Notes under the pieces: model-generated
Told to the model about the DNA's origin: nothing
What the model saw: only the letters and a program-made list of their open reading frames with translations
The model's database searches: none
Assembly: GCA_951406725.2 (NCBI GenBank)
Contig: OX597836.1
Location: forward strand, 4,588,001-4,652,000
Length of the DNA stretch: 64,000 bases
From: Octopus vulgaris
Lineage: Eukaryota
Direction of reading: 5' to 3'
Shown here: piece after piece, positions 1 to 8,784 of the stretch
How positions within the stretch are numbered: the stretch's first letter is position 1
How the letters are laid out: every line of letters begins with the position of its first letter
Program-made: the position numbers and the translations under genes

Positions 1-2
1 AG

Positions 3-242
3 GTGGTTAAAAACAATGCTAACAAGAAATTGAAAAGTAGCATACATAATACCAAAAACAAGACAGAAAACATAACGAAACCAAGTAAAGTACCACAACC
101 AAAACGCAAAATTCATCAAGCAAACATCAACAGGAATATAAATCATAACCAGAAAAAAATCCATTTTTTTACGTCAGGACAACAAACACCGGAGAAAGAA
201 AAAATCCAAGAGGAAACATACCCCAAACAACTGAACGTATAG
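3..242 (+). CDS. C-terminal end of PLE ORF1, copy 1 (truncated by window edge)
   Basis: Peptide matches the last ~79 aa of ORF1 in copy 3 (...EETYPKQLNV*). Confidence 0.8.
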   Translation: MVKNNANKKLKSSIHNTKNKTENITKPSKVPQPKRKIHQANINRNINHNQKKIHFFTSGQQTPEKEKIQEETYPKQLNV

Positions 243-2475
243 ATCCTAAAATAATTAATTTATCAAAAAGAGATCTTGACAATGATGAAATCCAACTTCT
301 GTCAAAAGGACTGAAATTCACACCTACACCAACAGCCAACCACCAAGAATTAAAGGAGGATATCCAAAAATTCTGTCGAAAATTACGACTTGTAGAATTC
401 TTCGCTAACAAAAGTAATGAGATTGATGAATCCCTAGTAAGGAATAAATCAAATTTCACCCCACCAAAAGGAAGAAATAACTACCTTGACCAATACATTG
501 ATATCCTGTCTAAATTTCCCCTTAGACGCAATACCAATGTTAGGCCAAACATTAGCAAATCAGAGATGTCTGCATGTAAACGTATACAAAACGATCAAAC
601 AATAATAATTAAACAAGCAGATAAAGGTGGTGCAATTGTTATTATGGATACCGAATACTATAAGGATTTGGTTGAAGACCAACTGAAGGATACAACCTTC
701 TATTGTGAAATACCCGCAAATATAGACCACCACATCATGAAAAAGATCAACAACCTGATTTCAACACACCACAACTCACTTACGGATAATGAAAAAGACT
801 ACATCACCAATTTTGAACCAAAACCCAGCAACTTCTACGGCTTACCAAAAATACACAAATCAAAAAACATTCAACAGGCAGTAAAAGAACAAGAAAGTGA
901 GTACATAAAATTATTACATCCAAAAGACCTAAAACTTAGACCTATTATAGCTGGTCCAGCATGCCCTACACACCGTCTAAGCAATTTTATTGACATTGTT
1001 TTGAAACCACTATGTACTTACATACCAAGTTTCATCAGGGATGACATCGACTTCCTGTCCCATCTTCCCAAAACAACAGAAACAAATTCAGTTTTGCTAA
1101 GTTTTGATGTGGTAAGCCTCTACACCAATATTCCACACGATTTAGGAATAAAGGCGATTAAATACTGGTTAGAAAAACATAGAGAAGTGATTCCCAGCAG
1201 ATTCACAGTGCCATTTATATTAGACACAGTCAAACTTATTCTAGAAAATAACACATTCTTCTTCAATGGAAAGAATTACATCCAAATTAGAGGCACGGCG
1301 ATGGGAACGAGGTTTGCTCCCGTTTACGCCAACTCTGTAATGGGATACTTAGAAGAACAACTCTACCAAGAGGTGGAGGTAAACTATGGCACTGGATTTA
1401 GAAAGTATATTGAAAAGGCATGGAAGAGATACCTAGACGACTGTTTCATAATCTGGACAGAATCTCTAAATACTCTGGAAGAGTTCAATATCCTCCTGAA
1501 CAACCTACACCCATCTCTCAAATTTACAAAGGAGATGAGTAGTACCAAATTACCATTCCTGGATATAATGGTAATTAAAAAAGACACCACCATCACCACA
1601 GATATATACTATAAACACACAGACACACATCAATACCTAAATTTTAAGTCGTGCCATCCACCACATACAAAAGTAACATCCCATACTGCCTAGCCAGAAG
1701 AATTTGTACTATTGTAGAAGATGCAAATATCAGGAACAAACGCCTAATAGAACTAAGAGAATTTTTGCTCAAACAAAAATACCCATCTCTACTTATAGAA
1801 AATGGCATACAGCGGGCTATAAAAATACCTATACAACAACTTAGGACAACCCAAGGAAGAGGAAAACAAGAACAAGTCATACCATTCATAGTGACACACA
1901 ACCCATGTCACCAGAATATCTTCAACATTGCCAAAGCAAACCTTCCAATCATTGCCCAAAGTAATGAATTAAAAGACATAATCAAGGATCGAGCTATGGT
2001 GCTTAGTAAAAGACAGCCTAAAAACTTGAAAACATTACTAACAAAGGCAAAATTTGACCTCAGCAACAAAGACCAAACATTCACGGTATCTAAATGCAAT
2101 GATAGCCGATGTGGCACATGCCAATTCATACATACCGGTCAATATATAAACACAAAAACCGGGAAAATATTCACAAACGCGAATATGAACTGCAAAAGCA
2201 GAAATTTAATTTACTGCATCAAATGCCCAAATTGTGAAGAAATATATGTAGGTCAGACGGGAAACGCACTATTAGAACGCTCACGTGTACACCGGCAACA
2301 GATTAGAGACCCAGAGGTCCGTCAGATACCTTTGAGTAACCACCTAGCAACATGTGGTCGGAAAATATATATAATATTTCCATTCTACAAATTACACAGC
2401 CCAAGTGAAATCGAGAGGAAAATCAGAGAAAAGAATTTTATTGATAAATTCGAACCCAAGCTAAATAAGCAATAA
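149..2475 (+). pseudogene. PLE ORF2 (RT + GIY-YIG), copy 1, split by a 1-nt deletion near 1672
   Basis: ORFs 566-1693 and 1651-2475 together match the 636-aa ORF of copies 2 and 3; ACAAAAGTAAC versus ACAAAACGTAAC. Could be an assembly indel. Frame is open from 149. Confidence 0.8.
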
Positions 2476-2789
2476 TAATAATACTTAGAGGTATTACTTC
2501 CACTGCTACGACCATGACCACTAACAACAACAACAATACTAAAGGTGATCAAGACGAAGATAGCAGGAAAATTATCTTATTTAGGGTTAAAAGTTCTATT
2601 GCCACCACCATCACCACTAGCAACAATAATTAAGGTGCTGACAATGATGATGATGACAATTGAAATATAAAAATATAAAAATCTCTGACAAAGGATATTT
2701 ACAACATTTCTAAAATAACCCAACAATTGCTGCTTCGGCCAGGGTCAAGATACAGGACTCTTGACCTGTCCAACAAAGCATGATGCCTA

Positions 2790-2933
2790 AACCAATCAGC
2801 TCAACCAACCAATCAGCTTAAGTAATTGAGTGATACTACACACTGATTGGTCAGAATACAGTTTGCAAAACCTAGCACTCTGGAGCCTACCCAGCTGTAT
2901 TTATAGCACAGAATCACTCATCTTGCTACAGTC
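2790..2933 (+). promoter_or_regulatory. Putative Pol II promoter in the PLE terminal region (repeated at ~7061-7204 and ~11334-11477)
   Basis: AACCAATCAG at 2790 and 2807, inverted CTGATTGGTC at 2843 (NF-Y type), TATTTATA at 2898, Inr-like ACAGTC about 30 nt downstream. Confidence 0.6.
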
Positions 2934-2968
2934 AAAAATTGTGAAGCATGACTGTCAACACTACTACA

Positions 2969-3013
2969 TGAACCCGAAGATTGCAGAATTCAATGCATGA
3001 AAGTACTAGTTCA
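2969..3013 (+). ncRNA. Minimal type I hammerhead ribozyme, PLE copy 1
   Basis: TGAAC-CCGAAGA-T-TGCA(GAATTCAA)TGCA-T-GAAA-GTAC-TA-GTTCA: stem I TGAAC/GTTCA, core CCGAAGA (U4C variant) and GAAA, palindromic stem III AGTACT, CUA cleavage triplet. Confidence 0.8.
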
Positions 3014-3102
3014 ATCAGAATGAATATTTAACATTCTACTATTTCATTTTATTTTATTCAATTATAATATATTATCTTATAATATATCATTATAAGATTG
3101 TA

Positions 3103-3108
3103 AATAAA
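3103..3108 (+). terminator. AATAAA about 40 nt before the unit end (also ~7374 and ~11647)
   Basis: GTAAATAAAACG followed by a T-rich stretch and the element terminus. Confidence 0.4.
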
Positions 3109-3220
3109 ACGTGAAAATCAGACAAGGTTGGAATTCTTTTTATTAATATATTCTTCTATACACAATCACACACACCCATATATATATATATATCTATATT
3201 CCTATTGTGTATATGCCAAC

Positions 3221-4504
3221 ATGTCTGGAAAGCAACAAACAAAATTAACAGAATCCGAAAGAATTCTAATGGAAATTTCATCGAAATTATCAACACTCAT
3301 CACGATGATTGACACACAATCCTCTATTTTAAAGGAAATAGAAAAACAGTCTACAGACGGAAAACTTGGAAATGAACACATAAACTCTGAAATTAAGAAT
3401 TTAGCTGAAATGATACCAACAATTATAAAATCTACAAGAGAAAGCCTACCACAACCTCCTTGGATGTCAGAAATAAACGAAAGAAATCTGGAAAAAGAGG
3501 CACACCGAAAAAGAGAAGAGATACAGAAGACATGGAAAAAACTCCTTAACATAAGAAAACAAAACTTCTGGAAGGCATATAAATGCGAAAAATATGCTGA
3601 AATACATTCGAAATGGATATCTTCAGCGGCACCCATACTTCCTCGGAAGTACCTAATTAAAGAAATTGCAGGAGAACCAGAGGAAGAAACTAAACTTCGA
3701 TGGGACCTTAGTTTGATAAAATTCAGGACCGACATCTCCATTACCCTGTCTAAACAATCCCGCTACAAAGCCAAATACGAAGCTATCGATGATCAAATCA
3801 GAGATGAAATATCCAAACTAACGACCGGCAATATAGCAGAAAAAATGCGAGAACTATGGATCAGAGATATCTCAAAAGAAGAAAGCAGATCAAGAAAGTT
3901 TTGGCAGCGGAAACAATTATTTCTCGACAAATATGCTACAAATTACGGTAAAGACACCAGAACTCCGAGAAATAGCATTAAAAGTGGACAACCTCACCAA
4001 CGCAACATACACCAGAACACGTGGCAACATGAACACCCGTTTCACCACGAATCGAAGACGAACTACGGTAAGAACTCTTCCCATTTTGTATGCAAACACC
4101 CTAATGCACACAACATGAACAAAAAGCACAAACAAAATAGATATTGTTTTGAACAAACCATTAGCAGTAGAAATAACAGGAGATCATTTTCAAGACCTCA
4201 ACAGAGATTACCCACAAGAAACTGGACAAAAAACCGATCTAGATCTAGAAGTAAACCCAGATCATTTCTCCAGGTGGTTAAAAACAATGCTAACAAGAAA
4301 TTGAAAAGTAGCATACATAATACCAAAAACAAGACAGAAAACATAACGAAACCAAGTAAAGTACCACAACCAAAACGCAAAATTCATCAAGCAAACATCA
4401 ACAGGAATATAAATCATAACCAGAAAAAAATCCATTTTTTTACGTCAGGACAACAAACACCGGAGAAAGAAAAATCCAAGAGGAAACATACCCCAAACAA
4501 CTGA
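3221..4504 (+). CDS. PLE ORF1, copy 2 (coiled-coil N-half, basic R/S/N/K-rich C-half; last residues frameshifted)
   Basis: ATG in good context (GCCAACATGT) at 3221; long open frame; identical to copy 3 until an A-run deletion near 4470. Confidence 0.8.
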   Translation: MSGKQQTKLTESERILMEISSKLSTLITMIDTQSSILKEIEKQSTDGKLGNEHINSEIKNLAEMIPTIIKSTRESLPQPPWMSEINERNLEKEAHRKREEIQKTWKKLLNIRKQNFWKAYKCEKYAEIHSKWISSAAPILPRKYLIKEIAGEPEEETKLRWDLSLIKFRTDISITLSKQSRYKAKYEAIDDQIRDEISKLTTGNIAEKMRELWIRDISKEESRSRKFWQRKQLFLDKYATNYGKDTRTPRNSIKSGQPHQRNIHQNTWQHEHPFHHESKTNYGKNSSHFVCKHPNAHNMNKKHKQNRYCFEQTISSRNNRRSFSRPQQRLPTRNWTKNRSRSRSKPRSFLQVVKNNANKKLKSSIHNTKNKTENITKPSKVPQPKRKIHQANINRNINHNQKKIHFFTSGQQTPEKEKSKRKHTPNN

Positions 4505-4834
4505 ACGTATAGATCCTAAAATAATTAATTTATCAAAAAGAGATCTTGACAATGATGAAATCCAACTTCTGTCAAAAGGACTGAAATTCACACCTACACC
4601 AACAGCCAACCACCAAGAATTAAAGGAGGATATCCAAAAATTCTGTCGAAAATTACGACTTGTAGAATTCTTCGCTAACAAAAGTAATGAGATTGATGAA
4701 TCCCTAGTAAGGAATAAATCAAATTTCACCCCACCAAAAGGAAGAAATAACTACCTTGACCAATACATTGATATCCTGTCTAAATTTCCCTTAGACGCAA
4801 TACCAATGTTAGGCCAAACATTAGCAAATCAGAG

Positions 4835-6745
4835 ATGTCTGCATGTAAACGTATACAAAACGATCAAACAATAATAATTAAACAAGCAGATAAAGGTGGT
4901 GCAATTGTTATTATGGATACCGAATACTATAAGGATTTGGTTGAAGACCAACTGAAGGATACAACCTTCTATTGTGAAATACCCGCAAATATAGACCACC
5001 ACATCATGAAAAAGATCAACAACCTGATTTCAACACACCACAACTCACTTACGGATAATGAAAAAGACTACATCACCAATTTTGAACCAAAACCCAGCAA
5101 CTTCTACGGCTTACCAAAAATACACAAATCAAAAAACATTCAACAGGCAGTAAAAGAACAAGAAAGTGAGTACATAAAATTATTACATCCAAAAGACCTA
5201 AAACTTAGACCTATTATAGCTGGTCCAGCATGCCCTACACACCGTCTAAGCAATTTTATTGACATTGTTTTGAAACCACTATGTACTTACATACCAAGTT
5301 TCATCAGGGATGACATCGACTTCCTGTCCCATCTTCCCAAAACAACAGAAACAAATTCAGTTTTGCTAAGTTTTGATGTGGTAAGCCTCTACACCAATAT
5401 TCCACACGATTTAGGAATAAAGGCGATTAAATACTGGTTAGAAAAACATAGAGAAGTGATTCCCAGCAGATTCACAGTGCCATTTATATTAGACACAGTC
5501 AAACTTATTCTAGAAAATAACACATTCTTCTTCAATGGAAAGAATTACATCCAAATTAGAGGCACGGCGATGGGAACGAGGTTTGCTCCCGTTTACGCCA
5601 ACTCTGTAATGGGATACTTAGAAGAACAACTCTACCAAGAGGTGGAGGTAAACTATGGCACTGGATTTAGAAAGTATATTGAAAAGGCATGGAAGAGATA
5701 CCTAGACGACTGTTTCATAATCTGGACAGAATCTCTAAATACTCTGGAAGAGTTCAATATCCTCCTGAACAACCTACACCCATCTCTCAAATTTACAAAG
5801 GAGATGAGTAGTACCAAATTACCATTCCTGGATATAATGGTAATTAAAAAAGACACCACCATCACCACAGATATATACTATAAACACACAGACACACATC
5901 AATACCTAAATTTTAAGTCGTGCCATCCACCACATACAAAACGTAACATCCCATACTGCCTAGCCAGAAGAATTTGTACTATTGTAGAAGATGCAAATAT
6001 CAGGAACAAACGCCTAATAGAACTAAGAGAATTTTTGCTCAAACAAAAATACCCATCTCTACTTATAGAAAATGGCATACAGCGGGCTATAAAAATACCT
6101 ATACAACAACTTAGGACAACCCAAGGAAGAGGAAAACAAGAACAAGTCATACCATTCATAGTGACACACAACCCATGTCACCAGAATATCTTCAACATTG
6201 CCAAAGCAAACCTTCCAATCATTGCCCAAAGTAATGAATTAAAAGACATAATCAAGGATCGAGCTATGGTGCTTAGTAAAAGACAGCCTAAAAACTTGAA
6301 AACATTACTAACAAAGGCAAAATTTGACCTCAGCAACAAAGACCAAACATTCACGGTATCTAAATGCAATGATAGCCGATGTGGCACATGCCAATTCATA
6401 CATACCGGTCAATATATAAACACAAAAACCGGAAAAATATTCACAAACGCGAATATGAACTGCAAAAGCAGAAATTTAATTTACTGCATCAAATGCCCAA
6501 ATTGTGAAGAAATATATGTAGGTCAGACGGGAAACGCACTATTAGAACGCTCACGTGTACACCGGCAACAGATTAGAGACCCAGAGGCCCGTCAGATACC
6601 TTTGAGTAACCACCTAGCAACATGTGGTCGGAAAATATATATAATATTTCCATTCTACAAATTACACAGCCCAAGTGAAATCGAGAGGAAAATCAGAGAA
6701 AAGAATTTTATTGATAAATTCGAACCCAAGCTAAATAAGCAATAA
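4835..6745 (+). CDS. PLE ORF2, copy 2: reverse transcriptase + C-terminal GIY-YIG endonuclease
   Basis: Motifs ADKGGAIV, GLPKIHK, RPII, SFDVVSLYTNIP, GTAMGT, RYLDD, FLD; linker CxxxxCxxC (CNDSRCGTC); LIYCIKCPNCEEIYVGQT...ER...H...H...E...FEPKLN. Confidence 0.95.
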   Translation: MSACKRIQNDQTIIIKQADKGGAIVIMDTEYYKDLVEDQLKDTTFYCEIPANIDHHIMKKINNLISTHHNSLTDNEKDYITNFEPKPSNFYGLPKIHKSKNIQQAVKEQESEYIKLLHPKDLKLRPIIAGPACPTHRLSNFIDIVLKPLCTYIPSFIRDDIDFLSHLPKTTETNSVLLSFDVVSLYTNIPHDLGIKAIKYWLEKHREVIPSRFTVPFILDTVKLILENNTFFFNGKNYIQIRGTAMGTRFAPVYANSVMGYLEEQLYQEVEVNYGTGFRKYIEKAWKRYLDDCFIIWTESLNTLEEFNILLNNLHPSLKFTKEMSSTKLPFLDIMVIKKDTTITTDIYYKHTDTHQYLNFKSCHPPHTKRNIPYCLARRICTIVEDANIRNKRLIELREFLLKQKYPSLLIENGIQRAIKIPIQQLRTTQGRGKQEQVIPFIVTHNPCHQNIFNIAKANLPIIAQSNELKDIIKDRAMVLSKRQPKNLKTLLTKAKFDLSNKDQTFTVSKCNDSRCGTCQFIHTGQYINTKTGKIFTNANMNCKSRNLIYCIKCPNCEEIYVGQTGNALLERSRVHRQQIRDPEARQIPLSNHLATCGRKIYIIFPFYKLHSPSEIERKIREKNFIDKFEPKLNKQ

Positions 6746-7239
6746 TAATAATACTTAGAGGTATTACTTCCACTGCTACGACCATGACCACTAACAACAA
6801 CAACAATACTAAAGGTGATCAAGACGAAGATAGCAGGAAAATTATCTTATTTAGGGTTAAAAGTTCTATTGCCACCACCATCACCACTAGCAACAATAAT
6901 TAAGGTGCTGACAATGATGATGATGACAATTGAAATATAAAAATATAAAAATCTCTGACAAAGGATATTTACAACATTTCTAAAAATAACCCAACAATTG
7001 CTGCTTCGGCCAGGGTCAAGATACAGGACTCTTGACCTGTCCAACAAAGCATGATGCCTAAACCAATCAGCTCAACCAACCAATCAGCTTAAGTAATTGA
7101 GTGATACTACACACTGATTGGTCAGAATACAGTTTGCAAAACCTAGCACTCTGGAGCCTACCCAGCTGTATTTATAGCACAGAATCACTCATCTTGCTAC
7201 AGTCAAAAATTGCGAAGCATGACTGTCAACACTACTACA

Positions 7240-7284
7240 TGAACCCGAAGATTGCAGAATTCAATGCATGAAAGTACTAGTTCA
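7240..7284 (+). ncRNA. Minimal type I hammerhead ribozyme, PLE copy 2
   Basis: Identical to 2969-3013. Confidence 0.8.
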
Positions 7285-7491
7285 ATCAGAATGAATATTT
7301 AACATTCTACTATTTCATTTTATTTTATTCAATTATAATATATTATCTTATAATATATCATTATAAGATTGTAAATAAAACGTGAAAATCAGACAAGGTT
7401 GGAATTCTTTTTATTAATATATTCTTCTATACACAATCACACACACCCATATATATATATATATCTATATTCCTATTGTGTATATGCCAAC

Positions 7492-8784
7492 ATGTCTGGA
7501 AAGCAACAAACAAAATTAACAGAATCCGAAAGAATTCTAATGGAAATTTCATCGAAATTATCAACACTCATCACGATGATTGACACACAATCCTCTATTT
7601 TAAAGGAAATAGAAAAACAGTCTACAGACGGAAAACTTGGAAATGAACACATAAACTCTGAAATTAAGAATTTAGCTGAAATGATACCAACAATTATAAA
7701 ATCTACAAGAGAAAGCCTACCACAACCTCCTTGGATGTCAGAAATAAACGAAAGAAATCTGGAAAAAGAGGCACACCGAAAAAGAGAAGAGATACAGAAG
7801 ACATGGAAAAAACTCCTTAACATAAGAAAACAAAACTTCTGGAAGGCATATAAATGCGAAAAATATGCTGAAATACATTCGAAATGGATATCTTCAGCGG
7901 CACCCATACTTCCTCGGAAGTACCTAATTAAAGAAATTGCAGGAGAACCAGAGGAAGAAACTAAACTTCGATGGGACCTTAGTTTGATAAAATTCAGGAC
8001 CGACATCTCCATTACCCTGTCTAAACAATCCCGCTACAAAGCCAAATACGAAGCTATCGATGATCAAATCAGAGATGAAATATCCAAACTAACGACCGGC
8101 AATATAGCAGAAAAAATGCGAGAACTATGGATCAGAGATATCTCAAAAGAAGAAAGCAGATCAAGAAAGTTTTGGCAGCGGAAACAATTATTTCTCGACA
8201 AATATGCTACAAATTACGGTAAAGACACCAGAACTCCGAGAAATAGCATTAAAAGTGGACAACCTCACCAACGCAACATACACCAGAACACGTGGCAACA
8301 TGAACACCCGTTTCACCACGAATCGAAGACGAACTACGGTAAGAACTCTTCCCATTTTGTATGCAAACACCCTAATGCACACAACATGAACAAAAAGCAC
8401 AAACAAAATAGATATTGTTTTGAACAAACCATTAGCAGTAGAAATAACAGGAGATCATTTTCAAGACCTCAACAGAGATTACCCACAAGAAACTGGACAA
8501 AAAACCGATCTAGATCTAGAAGTAAACCCAGATCATTTCTCCAGGTGGTTAAAAACAATGCTAACAAGAAATTGAAAAGTAGCATACATAATACCAAAAA
8601 CAAGACAGAAAACATAACGAAACCAAGTAAAGTACCACAACCAAAACGCAAAATTCATCAAGCAAACATCAACAGGAATATAAATCATAACCAGAAAAAA
8701 ATCCATTTTTTTACGTCAGGACAACAAACACCGGAGAAAGAAAAAATCCAAGAGGAAACATACCCCAAACAACTGAACGTATAG
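7492..8784 (+). CDS. PLE ORF1, copy 3 (430 aa; putative coiled-coil nucleic-acid-binding protein)
   Basis: ATG 7492 to TAG 8784 open; heptad-like helical N-terminus (LMEISSKLSTLITMIDTQSSILKEIEKQ); RSRSRSKPRS basic tract. Confidence 0.8.
   Translation: MSGKQQTKLTESERILMEISSKLSTLITMIDTQSSILKEIEKQSTDGKLGNEHINSEIKNLAEMIPTIIKSTRESLPQPPWMSEINERNLEKEAHRKREEIQKTWKKLLNIRKQNFWKAYKCEKYAEIHSKWISSAAPILPRKYLIKEIAGEPEEETKLRWDLSLIKFRTDISITLSKQSRYKAKYEAIDDQIRDEISKLTTGNIAEKMRELWIRDISKEESRSRKFWQRKQLFLDKYATNYGKDTRTPRNSIKSGQPHQRNIHQNTWQHEHPFHHESKTNYGKNSSHFVCKHPNAHNMNKKHKQNRYCFEQTISSRNNRRSFSRPQQRLPTRNWTKNRSRSRSKPRSFLQVVKNNANKKLKSSIHNTKNKTENITKPSKVPQPKRKIHQANINRNINHNQKKIHFFTSGQQTPEKEKIQEETYPKQLNV

Larger units (their letters stand above)
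1..3146 (+). mobile_element. Penelope-like retroelement, tandem copy 1 (5' part outside window)
   Basis: Near-identical to copies 2 and 3 at offsets of about 4270 and 8540; encodes RT and GIY-YIG; ends ...GGAATTCTTTTTATTAA at 3146. Confidence 0.95.
3147..7417 (+). mobile_element. Penelope-like retroelement, tandem copy 2 (4271 bp)
   Basis: Full unit: short 5' leader, ORF1, RT-GIY-YIG ORF2, 3' region with promoter motifs and hammerhead. Two 1-nt homopolymer deletions (near 4470 and 4790) relative to copies 1 and 3. Confidence 0.95.

Noticed and set aside
3128-3220. ORF1 N-terminal extension MEFFLLIY... from the ORF track
   Set aside because: Starts at TTG, crosses the unit junction and a (TA)n run; the ATG at 3221 has a good context.
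3202-3741. 179-aa antisense ORF to ORF1 and other antisense ORFs in the PLE
   Set aside because: No motifs; explained as shadow frames of the A-rich coding strand.
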